Shown: piece after piece, positions 12,270 through 25,439 of the stretch
Layout: every line of letters starts with the position of its first letter
Position numbering within the stretch: the stretch's first letter is position 1
Notes under the pieces: model-generated
The model's input: the letters and a program-made list of their open reading frames with translations, nothing else
Databases searched by the model: none
What the model was told of the DNA's origin: nothing
Assembly (NCBI GenBank): GCA_964016885.1
Contig: OZ024742.1
Location: forward strand, 271,312,001 to 271,376,000
Length of the DNA: 64,000 bases
Direction: 5' to 3'
Origin: Eledone cirrhosa
Lineage: Eukaryota
Translations under genes and position numbers: made by a program

Positions 12270-12699
12270 GCATGGCCACATGTACAGCTTGAAGTGTATG
12301 TGCAGGTGTTTATACTTTATTCGTGTACGTACGTTACCTTCAACTGCATTTTGGTATTTATACAACCACTCATTACACACATACATACATGGATTTTACT
12401 TTATTCTGAGTTTTGAATGAAACTGAACGATTCTGCTCATGCAGGATATGCAAAAGAAGAAAACAAATGGTATAATAATAGCATAGAAATAAAAATAGCA
12501 GCTGGCCTTAAAAACGGAAGCTTCTGCATAATTATTGGTTGCAAGGGCGGTGAACGGATTAATCTCGTTACAGTGCAATGTATTGATGGCCAGCATTGTA
12601 AATGGTTGCTTCCATCTACTTCCTCTTCTTTGCCCATTTATTCCTGTGAGAGAAGTAAAACACTGCTTCTGGTGGGTGTTCTCAGAAGCGACCATCTCC

Positions 12700-13220
12700 A
12701 AATAATCCGGCTGGATCCACAAGCAAAACTAACAAAGCTCATGGATGTTATCCGAAAGAACTAGCTCCGGCTCTAACCCTGGGTCAGTTGCCAGTTGGTT
12801 TTGCTGTTTAAATCTGTCCAACGATTAATTCCTGACACATTTTAACCACATGCCTATAGTATTCGAGCTGTGATCTCTCAATTCAAAGAAGTAGTGACTC
12901 TACCTGAAGTAAATCTCTGATCTCCGAGCTATACGCTCTATCGGGTAATGCTACTCTAAGGACCCTTCGGATGAACCCTATTTCAGCCTCTTGTATTGCT
13001 GATCTATACGTTCGGTCATTACCCAAGATTCACGAACATAGGTTGACACGAACACCGATTTGAAGATATCGAGTTTGGCTTTTACACCTACCCCTTCTTC
13101 AGATTACTGAATGCTGAAACTGGTGCATTACTGTACCAGTTCCTGCAATGCTTGTGTTTATTTCAGTCTTCTACTTTCCATCACTCGTGAACACGGCCCC
13201 GAGATACTTGAACTACTGTA
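12700..13220 (-). mobile_element. RTE-clade LINE 3' fragment (decayed RT C-terminal region)
   Basis: Minus-strand translation gives AKLDIFKSVFV...ESWVMTER and later RTE-like motifs, with frameshifts. Confidence 0.6.
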
Positions 13221-13864
13221 CCCGCTTTTTTTTATCCAAATAAGAAGCACATATTCCCATGCGATGTCATGGCATTGACTTAACCATCTTAAATGAAAAT
13301 ATAGCATGAGAGATGTGTTCAAATAACTGAGAAATAAAAGGTCTCTGAATTTGTGGAACACATAAATGCTAGAAAGCTAGTCTAAATGGAACTGGCAGTA
13401 TATTTAATAGTATATGAGATAATTGAGCGTCGTCCAGAACTGGGAATACGTTGTATTTTCCACATATTAGTACTATGGCCGTTGAAGAGAGTGATGGAGT
13501 TGGCTTTTTCAACTCATGTGATGGCTTCTAACCGGTGTGTGGATATTTTGCCACTGTATATATCGATATGTATTTTATTATGTTCATAAATCCGTCTATT
13601 TATTTATTTTATTTATTCATTTGTATAATTTATCAATTTCGAATGTGTCTTAATATATTGCATGGCCTTTCTGCTCAATCCCATTATTTTAGGTAAAATT
13701 CCGAGTACATCTCTCATTCAACAAATGTGTAATTATTCCTTGGCAAATGTTTTTAACGTAGGGATTATCTTCAAATGTCACTGTCTTTCTCCTAGATGTT
13801 ATATATTTTTGCGCTGAATGCGCTGACTGTGAGTAAATGCTTTACTCGATTTAAACCAACCCAA

Positions 13865-14000
13865 CATAAGATTATTTATCGATCTGGGAAGGATGACAGG
13901 CACACGTCACTGCAGTAAAATATAGCCGAAATCCGGATATACGAAATATATAGTACTAGGTACATTGTTAGACGATCTAACGATTGTGTTAATTCAACAC
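13865..14000 (-). mobile_element. Degenerate Nin-type SINE
   Basis: TTATTTATCGATCTGGGAAGGATGACAGGC resembles the SINE core TTTTATCGACCCCGTAAGGATGAAAGGC. Confidence 0.45.
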
Positions 14001-15759
14001 GTTTAACTATTAATACAGATTTATCTCGGTTGAAGCAAATCATAAGAAAATATTTAGCTGATCAACAAAAATAACCAGAACAACGGCTTACGCCTGGCGT
14101 GTTGAATAAAGGAAACCACATAATAATGTAAATGTGTAACGATACTCCTGAAAATATAATTTCGTTCATTAGATATACAAAATGTAAGTAATCCATGTGA
14201 CAATAGATTCATCTTCATGTCGTTCACCATGACCAAACTGACAAGACTAATATAGACTGCGACTGTTACTTTTCATAGCAAATGACTTGCACGTTGTCAG
14301 TTAATAAGAGTACTGGTGTTCCCTTTACGTCGTTATATACTTTCAGCTCGTCGGTCATGCCATGTTTGTCGAGGAAACCTATGATCATCTTTGTTTCTAC
14401 GACAACCATCACGTAGTCTTGCAGATTGTTCATATGCACTTCTCTGTTAGGTAATGTGTGTTTGCATTATATATGATGGCACGTAGTATGACTACATATT
14501 GGCACTCACAATAGAAGTGGTTGTGTTTTTAGAGTTCTATGCGATGGATAAGAAAATCTAACGTTTCAGCTTGATGTATTATAAAGCTTATGGTCATCAA
14601 TCTAATAACTAGAAAGAATATTGAAGGAAACAGATAGATAAAAAGGCTGCCTATATGAAAAAGGGAAATTGTTATATGCATCACTAAGTAAGTAGATCCA
14701 ACCTATGCTGCATATATATATATATATAGCTAGTCAGACTCGTTCACATTAGATATACCGATCTCGACCATAGTGAAAACGTATTTTCGATGGTCGCGTG
14801 ATACGCACTAATGAGGTTTTGACTTATATAGCACTACTTTATTCACTAAACTACATTAATCTAAACATGTTCATCATGTTCAAAGCAAAAGTAACTTACT
14901 TGAAAAGACACAGAACAGGTGTTTTAAAGAAAGTGCATATGTAGTTGTATCTAATGTAATTATATCATATATATACATGAAAGTTGCCACAAAGCACGCT
15001 TTTTTATATTTCTCATTCTTATAACAACTTAAGATACAAACGTACATTCTAGAAATATTTATTACAAGGATAAATCAATTAATGTATGCATCAGCTGCAG
15101 TTGTCAGAATGCTATCTCGAAATATGCTTAGTAATATTGTTCCTTCTTTTTCCCAGTTGCCTATCATTTCAGTAAGTCTTATAATTTCACTGGTTTCTAG
15201 AAAAGTAAATAGTTGGTATACTGCATAAATCCTTCAATTATTCTAATAATGGAGCAAGATACACATACAACGCCCAATAATAATATTTGAGAAAATAGTA
15301 GAAGAAATTAATGAGACTTTATATAAACTGATTACATCAAACTAAGGATATCAGAGACATGGTTTAGAAATAGATATAAACCGTATGCTACGAGAAACTA
15401 TCCAAAAACTATTAAAAATAAAAAACAAACAATGTTCATAACTATATAATGTAACGCGGGAAAATATTAATATCCCACAGAAAAGAAGATATGTAGAAAA
15501 CAGAGAGAAAATGTTGATTAATTTAATTAAATGATATACATATAACCGAAAGAAATCTATACTGATTTATAGACGCCAAATATGAGTGTCGCTGCTTATG
15601 GATTTCTGGTAGAAATTCATAAGCATATTGTCATTAATCCCTCTCTCTCCCTCCCTCTCTTTCTTTCTCTCTGTGTATATATATATATATACATATATCC
15701 CAATGTTCTGATACCATCAACACTATAAACACAGAGCTGGCATATCTGGGAACTAACTA

Positions 15760-15815
15760 ACTGCTTGATGAGGTCATAGCCATTCAATGGCTATCATCGA
15801 AATATATATAGCAGT
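15760..15815 (+). ncRNA. Type I hammerhead ribozyme in a short PLE pLTR fragment (about 15698-15860) between (TA)n
   Basis: Stem I ACTGC/GCAGT, core TTGATGA (U3 variant), stem II GGTCATAGCCA/TGGCTATCATC, GAAA, stem III TATATA, AUA site. Confidence 0.8.
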
Positions 15816-15856
15816 AAATAAAGGATTATGAATTCATGCAATTTACATATGTTTCG

Positions 15857-16710
<854 letters not shown>

Positions 16711-16876
16711 TATATATATATATATATTTTGTTAATCCTTATTTTTATTTGCTCATTTGTATGTGGCGGCATACTATGTTTATTTATCCTTATTTGTGTG
16801 TGTGCATTTATATCCTTTTATATGTAAGTACGGATGCATGTGTGTATATATATGTGTATGTAGGTGTATGTGTATG

Positions 16877-16912
<36 letters not shown>

Positions 16913-16913
16913 C

Positions 16914-16985
<72 letters not shown>

Positions 16986-17166
16986 TTAGTTATACTATTT
17001 ATGGTTATGTAAACACAAAACCTTAAGCAGTTGTAAGTATTTTACACACACCCTAAATAGTGGTAGGCAGTAATGTATTACTACCTTATTACCAGTAAGT
17101 TAAGTAGCTCAATGTAAAAACATCAGATGATTTACAGAGCAGTTATATGAAATATAAGAATCAAAC

Positions 17167-19161
17167 TTAGAAGATATTAATGTAGAGGGTTATAATATAG
17201 TGTCTAAACTAGGACTACAGAGGCATACACAACCTTTCACTCCGAACCCCCCTAGATTCTCTCTGAAGGACCATAAGGAGAACTTCATCAGCAACCCCAC
17301 GATAAGACTTATCTGCCCTTCCAAGTCCGACATTGGTATTATCAGCAAGAAGATTTTGGATAAAATCATCCCACAAATTAAACACAAGATACACCTTAAA
17401 CAATGGGGAAATACGGGTGAAGTAATTGAATGGTTTAAGGATATCAAGAATAATAAGAACAAAAAATTTATTCAATTTGATATCAATTCATACTACACCT
17501 CTATTTCCCCTATCCTATTAAATAAGGCACTTATCATGGCCATGACCAATAGCGACCTGACTAGAGCCCAGGTTGATGTCATCCTTGCGGCCCGTAAAAC
17601 CATAATCACCTTCGAGGACCAACTATGGACACGCAAGGATACGCACAACAACTTCGACATAACCATGGGATCTAGTGACTCGGCGCAGGTCACTGATTTG
17701 GTCGGCCTATACCTCCTCAATGAAATCCATAAAGACCTCCCTTACCTCAACGGTGGTTTGTACCGCGATGATGCACTTCTACTCATAGAATATAAAAAAT
17801 TTAATATAGAAAGAACTAGAAAACAACTGCATAAGACATTCAAAAACTTTAACCTTAGTATCACCATGGACAAAAACACTAAAAATGTTAACTTCCTAGA
17901 CGCCACACTATACCTAGACTCAAAAATATATACACCTTTCCATAAGCCTAATGAGAAACTTATTTACGTAGATACCAAGTCTAATCACCCTAGATCAATA
18001 TTAAACTCTATCTCTAAGGGGGTGTCCAATAGAATCTCTAGTCTGTCCTATGACGCAAACATATTTAGCAAAAACTCACAATATTACAATCAAGCATTAG
18101 CTAGCTCCGGCCATAATATAGAAATAGAGTTCCTACCTAAGAAAACACATAGCTACAACATCATCTCGCACAACATGTCCATGAGGAAATCTAATAATAG
18201 GAATAGCAACCACAAGTACACCAAAGCGGAGGGTGCCACCGGAAGTAACCATTACCATGGAAACTACTGTGAGGCCTTAGGAGGAAGCAACACACCAAAC
18301 ACTAAAAGCAAAAATAGAAGAAGAAATAATACATTTTTCAACCCTCCTTTCAACCTAAATGTCTCCACCAACATACCTAGGGCTTTCTTCTCACTACTAG
18401 ATAAAAACTTCCCTCTAGGACACAAGTACCACAACCTCTTAAACAAAAACACCATTAAAATCTCATACTCTACGACGCCTAACTTAGCATACCACATAGC
18501 TAGCAGCAATAATAGTAAAATTAGTTCTTACTTCCAACAAACAAAATCACAACGGGATGCAAACCCTCTAAATACCACTGTAGCAAGCAACAATAGCAAC
18601 GGCAGTAACAATAGAAATAACACTAGTATAAGTAATAACACCAGGGTTGTCAACCTGAACACCCAAAATCCTATATCCACCACACAGACTTCCGCATTGC
18701 ATTATAACCAGCGGACTAACGCACAGAATAATTGTAACTGTAGAGCTAATAGAACCTGCCCCTTAGATAAAAAATGCCTAACCAAGGATGTCATATACTC
18801 ATGCACAGTCACGACTAATAACTCTTCAGAAACCTATGTAGGCTCCACTTCTAACTGCTTCAAAATTAGATATAACTCGCACATCCACTCGTTCAAAAAG
18901 CACAGCCTAGCCAACTCCACCTCACTTTCTAGCTACATACACTATCTAAAATCTAAAAATAAACCATACACACTCAAATGGGAAGTGATAGGCAGCGCGA
19001 CCTCGTACAAACCACCTAATAAATTCTGTAACCTCTGTATACTAGAGACACACAATATTATCTTCTCCAACCGTAACCTACTTAACAAAAAATCTGAGGT
19101 GTTTGCAACTTGCCAACACCGCCTCAGACATTCCTTCCAAAACTTTAAGCCCTATATATAG
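17167..19161 (+). CDS. PLE reverse transcriptase with C-terminal GIY-YIG endonuclease (5'-truncated, uninterrupted; possibly Hydra-clade PLE)
   Basis: RT motifs LKDHKENF, RLICP, FIQFDINSYY, FDITMGS, GLYRDD, NFLDATL, SNHP. Endonuclease CNC..CPL..CL..VIY..TYVG..FKIRY..H and C-terminal CNLC..E..LNKKSE..C.H. The frame is open from the truncation junction at 17167, so the GTG at 17200 is not a true start. Confidence 0.93.
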   Translation, partial: LEDINVEGYNIVSKLGLQRHTQPFTPNPPRFSLKDHKENFISNPTIRLICPSKSDIGIISKKILDKIIPQIKHKIHLKQWGNTGEVIEWFKDIKNNKNKKFIQFDINSYYTSISPILLNKALIMAMTNSDLTRAQVDVILAARKTIITFEDQLWTRKDTHNNFDITMGSSDSAQVTDLVGLYLLNEIHKDLPYLNGGLYRDDALLLIEYKKFNIERTRKQLHKTFKNFNLSITMDKNTKNVNFLDATLYLDSKIYTPFHKPNEKLIYVDTKSNHPRSILNSISKGVSNRISSLSYDANIFSKNSQYYNQALASSGHNIEIEFLPKKTHSYNIISHNMSMRKSNNRNSNHKYTKAEGATGSNHYHGNYCEALGGSNTPNTKSKNRRRNNTFFNPPFNLNVSTNIPRAFFSLLDKNFPLGHKYHNLLNKNTIKISYSTTPNLAYHIASSNNSKISSYFQQTKSQRDANPLNTTVASNNSNGSNNRNNTSISNNTRVVNLNTQNPISTTQTSALHYNQRTNAQNNCNCRANRTCPLDKKCLTKDVIYSCTVTTNNSSETYVGSTSNCFKIRYNSHIHSFKKHSLANSTSLSSYIHYLKSKNKPYTLKWEVIGSATSYKPPNKFCNLCILETHNIIFSNRNLLNKKSEVFATCQHRLRHSFQNFKPYI

Positions 19162-20603
19162 CAATGTCGGACTGGAACCTAACACCACATCTAGCATCAA
19201 ACACCAGAGACACACCCTATACTACATACCCAACACTAGCTGATCCATTATAACACAAACAACGACATCCCTCTGGAACCCTTCGCAGGGAAAATACCCA
19301 TTTATACCTCTACGGCAGGTGTGACAACATCCACCCACCTGGACGGCACTACACCGCTCTAAGGGTAATTTGAGCATGAATTGATCGGTTGGATGGTGTT
19401 GGGCAGAGGAAACACCTTCCTTAGACAGATGTAAAATGATTTAATCGAGTAGCGCTGTTGACCAGTAGGACCGGGCTGCTGAGCGCAGTGAGTGAATGCA
19501 ATGCAACTGCCGTGCGGGTTGTACGTATATGGATGATCTGACGGTCAGAGAGGGGTCGCGAGGACTGCGGATTGACCTTTGGCCTGCCTGGGGACGATTA
19601 TCTTTCGACATCCAATGTAGCAAGCGATGACCCAGATCTTACCAGAGATCATTGGGTCCTGAAGCAATCCTGCAATCACCGCGCCTGGTCATATGAGCAG
19701 ACTACAACCACAGAGATCATTAATTTAGAATCCTCGCTCATCATCTATAATTTCCATTTGTAGCACCTTAAGATGGGTTAATCCACCCTAATAATAATAT
19801 GATCACCTTCAGCATAATTTAGTTAAACTACTCTATAGTTAGTGCACTTTATGCTTTAAAAGTCTCTCTTGGAAGGTGCACCTCACCATAGAATTTAGGG
19901 TCCATATTGGGACACATTTTAATGGCTAGATATAGAAACCCCAGAGTTACCTCCCCGCATGCATTAACTCCCCTTAGCCACACACACACTTCCGGTATTC
20001 AATGGCGTCTCTCGAAACGTAACAACCTCCTGTATCGAACTAAAGAACACCAGACTACGATCTCTAACTGGATTGTCGTGATTATGTGAAAGGCATATAA
20101 TCGAAATATACACTCCCTTGACCATGAAAATGCCGAAGTGCATGAATTACTTGACATCCCTGCGTTGTGCATCTCCAATACTTATAACACTTTTAATGCT
20201 TGCACTATCTTTAATACTTATAATATTTCTCCACACACAGACTACATCAATCATATAAAGACTTTGCCACCAGATCTACCAGCCTAACACTCTTATTTAC
20301 CTACCTAAGTGCCTCTACCACACATATCTCTCTGCCACACTATATAAACAAGACGCACATGCGTGCCACACATATAACATTTGCACTATATAACCACTTA
20401 TCTTCATGTTGTACTTTAACCTATATCTTTGATTTTTGATTGTACCTATTAATATAAATGTAATCTCGAAGTGAGTACTGCCACTCTAAATTTTGTAATG
20501 AATGTTGATCCACAATGTTTGAATATGTATCAATGTTTGAATATGTATTGGTATGTCTCTCGGCTGAAAAGGAGGTCATATAACTGTCCATGCATTAATA
20601 AAT

Positions 20604-20650
20604 TGCTCCGAAGAATCCAAACCTCGGTTTGGAGGAAACAGCTGTAAGCA
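20604..20650 (+). ncRNA. Type I hammerhead ribozyme (core variant CCGAAGA)
   Basis: Stem I TGCT/AGCA, stem II TCCAAACC/GGTTTGGA, GAAA, palindromic stem III CAGCTG, GUA site; located at the 3' end of the coding PLE. Confidence 0.8.
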
Positions 20651-20699
20651 CAATAATGTTTTGAACAGTTCTTTGATTCTTATATTTCATATATTTCAT

Positions 20700-20828
<129 letters not shown>

Positions 20829-20868
20829 GATATTAAACAAATGGAAATTACATTTATAAAACCATATT

Positions 20869-20935
20869 TATTTCATTATATATATTTCAGGGATATCATA
20901 TTAAAAAATATGGTATGCCCTCTTCAGACAAAATA
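20869..20935 (-). ncRNA. Type I hammerhead ribozyme (mirror of 21461-21526)
   Basis: Reverse complement of TATTTTGT CTGAAGA GGG...CCCT GAAA TATATA TA ATGAAATA. Confidence 0.75.
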
Positions 20936-21460
20936 CAATATATAGACAGTTTTATAAATAAATTTGACATACCTTAGAGTTTACAACTTACATTTAAAAA
21001 GTTGTTACGGTAGTGAAAATGTTAAGGACGGTTAGAAAGAAAGACGGAGAAAAAACTCTTATATCGGCTGTTTTAACTCCATCTCCTGTATATCACCACT
21101 CCCATATCTCTCCCACCTCGTATAATAGATATTACTCGATCTACCTCTCCTTATTTATTTTTGCTTTTATTTCTCCCTGTATCCTTAACACTAAATAAAT
21201 AAATAAACAAATGAATAATTACATAGATCTCTCAGTTGGTGGTTTTCCCTTTAAATACATTTCTTCATCTTCTTCACCTTCCGCTCTTTCTTTTTCTTTT
21301 TTTCTTTTCTCCTTCTTTTTCTTTTTCTTTTTCCTTTTTTTCCTTTTTTTCTCCGTCTTTCTAACCGTCCTTAACATTTTCACTACCGTAACAACTTTTT
21401 AAATGTAAGTTGTAAACTCTAAGGTATGTCAAATTTATTTATAAAACTGTCTATATATTG

Positions 21461-21526
21461 TATTTTGTCTGAAGAGGGCATACCATATTTTTCATATGAT
21501 ATCCCTGAAATATATATAATAAAATA
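21461..21526 (+). ncRNA. Type I hammerhead ribozyme
   Basis: Stem I TATTTTGT/ATAAAATA, CTGAAGA, stem II GGGCATACCATAT/ATATGATATCCCT, GAAA, stem III TATATA, AUA site. Confidence 0.82.
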
Positions 21527-21652
21527 AATATGGTTTTATAAATGTAATTTCCATTTGTTTAATATCGTAAAATACTCCAAAACCTGTTGAGTGCTTTTAT
21601 ATCAGTTATAAAATATTTACTCGTTGTAACCCAACATTTTAAATAAAACTTT

Positions 21653-22325
<673 letters not shown>

Positions 22326-22340
22326 ATATATATATATATA

Positions 22341-22761
22341 TATATTATAAAGAAAACGAAAAATCAGTGATGCATGTGATCTTAGTTTATTTCGTGTTAC
22401 AAATGTTTCGCCGGCATGTAGCTCGAGTCATGGTCCTTGTATGGATCTGGCTGATTCTACTTCTGCGGGTTCTTTCAGACACGGGTGTTATGTCCGGATC
22501 AAATTTATGAGCGATAAAATTTGCTCCGAACATAACACCCGTGTCAGAAAGAACCAACAGAAGTAGAATCAGCCTGATCCATACAAGGACCATGACTGGA
22601 GCTACATGACGGCGAAACATTTGTAACATGAAATAGACTAAGTCCAGATGCATCACTGATTTTTCGTTTTCTTTATAATATATACACTCTACTCTGATGA
22701 ATATCGAGTGCTAATTTTGGCATACCGCCTACGGAAGCACCATAGCTACCACTATACTCAA
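22341..22761. mobile_element. Older fold-back PLE pLTR end with half hammerhead and tail
   Basis: Imperfect palindrome 22341-22684 centred near 22511. GAAA CATTTG TA at 22614-22625 (stem III and GUA site; the 5' core is lost by truncation). Tail 22685-22761. Confidence 0.75.
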
Positions 22762-22795
22762 ATATATATATATATGTGTTGGTGTGTTTATGTAT

Positions 22796-22837
<42 letters not shown>

Positions 22838-23174
22838 GTTTATATATGTGTCTGTGTATATATATGTGTATATATGCGTGTATATATGTATATATATATA
22901 TATGTATATATGTGTGTATATGTGAGTGTGTATGCGTGTGGGCGTGCGTGTGTGTACGTGTGTGTTGTTATATATTCTTATTTATTCCCCCCCCCCCGCC
23001 CTTTTTTTTTTCATCCAGCCTCACTTTCACGTCTATTATATTTTTGTTTTTCAAATCCACTGTCAAAAAATGGCACCAGGATTTTTTTCATTCTGATGAA
23101 TGAAAATAATTTTGGTTGCTTTCAAGAAACCACTGGTAAATGAAATAATTATCTTATGTTGTTTATTACATAAC

Positions 23175-23177
<3 letters not shown>
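22762..23177 (+). mobile_element. Distal part of the right arm of the 15923-16710 fold-back PLE
   Basis: Resumes at ATGTGTTGGTGTGTTTATGTATGGA, matching the reverse complement of 16321-16350, and continues through the hammerhead. Confidence 0.85.
23086..23145 (+). ncRNA. Type I hammerhead ribozyme
   Basis: TTTCATT CTGATGA ... GAAA CCACTGG TA AATGAAA; 7-bp stem I, GUA site. Confidence 0.78.
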
Positions 23178-23209
<32 letters not shown>

Positions 23210-23669
23210 TTATCCAATCTCTCAATCGAATTATAATTTATCAGAACATTTTATTTGCATACCTAAATTCGGATTCCAGCTTTACCCTAAAGTATTCAGA
23301 ATGTTTTAAACGTACACACCTTTGCGGTCTCATGCCTGATTTGTAAGTATATTTATTTGCGCTGTTGGCATCTTCGAACGCTTTATCGAAATAAGGTGTC
23401 TGTTTTCATACATTGTCATACCGAAGAGCTTTTACAAACACCATTTAACAAACAGCATTTGACAAACATCATTGGACAAATATCATTTAACAGATGAAAC
23501 AAAACACCGAGATAAACAGTTTCCATTCCGTTTCAACATTCCTAGTTTATTCAGGAATTTATCTGAATATGGATGCAATAGTATCCGCATGTTCTGACCT
23601 CCACACCAGTTTACTCCCTCTCTTCTTCTTCTTCTTCTTCTTCTTCTTCTTCTTCTTCTTCTTCTTCAT

Positions 23670-25075
23670 TATTATTAAATGTTATCTTCACACATTGCAT
23701 AGTGTTGATGTTAAATATTTTATTTTTCTTCTTACCACCAGGTTTCATCTCGGTCATTGAGATGATAAGATATGCGTTTTACTCTTCTATGTTTTACTAT
23801 TCTAATTATTCTTGCAGAGTCAAGTAGGCATGCTTCTTTACAGGCTCTATACCAAGTTCAAATCCAATTTGATGCAACGTTTTAGTAAGCATGTCTGTTA
23901 GACATTCCAGATCTCCTATAACATTTGTTACCAATGTTACCTTATTTACTTCACCCCTCTGTACATTCAGAAATTCATATTTGAAGTCGCTTCATTAGTT
24001 TTTCTTTTATTCTTCTTTATCTTTTATTATCTTCTCAAAAGGGTATGCCACATTTATAATAAAACATTCCGTTTTTTTTTTTCTTGATTATCAGAAATAT
24101 TTCCTGTTTGTTGTGATCAATTTTCGTTTTGGTCTAAATTGTAAAATCCAACAGCATGTTGCCTTGAAAACGTTCCAGCACTTTCATCTCGTTTGTTACA
24201 AAGTGGTCATACTATTTTCCATTACATTTGAACCCAAACAATTTACATAATTGCCAATATATTACTACTACTGCCATTATCGTGTTTCCAACATTATGCT
24301 GCGATCCCAGGATGCCCTTGACTTTTCTGAATCGATCCTGTGTAATTGTTCCTTTCATTTCTTTGCTAAGTAGCTTATCACTCTGGAGTATTCCAAGGTA
24401 TCTGTAGCCCCCTCCGCTTTCCAAAGACCAAATAATTACATTCTTAGGTTATTGATTACCTACTGAACTGATCTTTATTCCCTTTACAATTTTAACTATG
24501 TACTCGCTAAACAATCTAGCTGTTTGAACGAATAAATCTATTTCATGTATGTTTTTCCCATATAATTTTTGTTCATTCATGAATAATATATGATACAAGG
24601 TGTTTCTTCGTTTTCGTAGTGAACATCCGCATTTTGTTTTCCTAAGTACTAAAGACAGAGCTTACATTCCCACCACGAACAATAACGGTGATAAGCTGTC
24701 CTTGGAAGGTTCTTCTCTTTATTCTAACTTCACTTAAGGCATCTGCTTTTTATGTCAATTCAACTCTCTAGTGGATCATTGATTTCTTCAACACTGCCTT
24801 GGTGTTTTTTCTAATACTTTCACTAAATCTAGACATTCCAAAAGCAATGAGTGGAGGATCATATCATAAGCTTTCTTGTAATCATAAATTTGCCATTCTT
24901 TTTCTACAGTGTTTCAACACCATCTTTGCTTTTAGCAACTGGCCTTTGTGAGTCTGCTATTAATTTTAAACCATTTCTGCTCCACTGGGAACCACTGCTC
25001 TCCCTCTATGTGCCAATACAACTCCTCTGCAATCACCCCTGTTAGCAACTTACACATGGATGGTTACTTACCAAA
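23670..25075 (-). mobile_element. Decayed R4/Dong-type (RLE) LINE
   Basis: Peptides YRYLGILQ..., GDSLSPL-like and terminal KACLL.SARII resemble the 52290-56250 element; many stops. Confidence 0.65.
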
Positions 25076-25439
25076 GATTTTGTATCTGGGACTCGGATGC
25101 CTGCTCCACTCGGCGTTTTTTTAATTTATTGTGCGAAATGATACGGTACATAGGCGCCGATGTTCCATGGTATTTATTGAAGGGGTGGGGGTGAGGCTGA
25201 CCATGTAACCGTTTTATTTTACCATTCGCTTGGCTTCATTCAGTTCTTCCTGGTTTGCCTCAATTATCGTTGCGTTTTTGTTCGCCGCCATAGCAAAATA
25301 CACATTTGGTTTAGCGCTGGTGTTGGTGGTGTTGGATGTACTCTTCGATACTGTGATCGTGAACATGGCGGCTTTACCACCTATAAAGGCAGGAAATCCA
25401 CGTGTGCACCTGACAAACCCATGTAAATGCTACTGAATA

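Noticed and set aside
17167-19161. Naiad-type selenoprotein PLE or telomerase
   Set aside because: The endonuclease is C-terminal, there is no in-frame TGA in the ORF, and there are no TERT-specific motifs.
19445-19570. Scattered resemblance to vertebrate U3 snoRNA (CTGAGCG, GCAACTGCCGT, GATGATC)
   Set aside because: Boxes A, C' and D are not in the right spacing, and the best match is to a poorly conserved U3 stem; likely coincidence. An Rfam scan would settle it.
22693-22745. CTGATGA in the tail as another hammerhead
   Set aside because: No downstream GAAA or stem III and no stem I complement.
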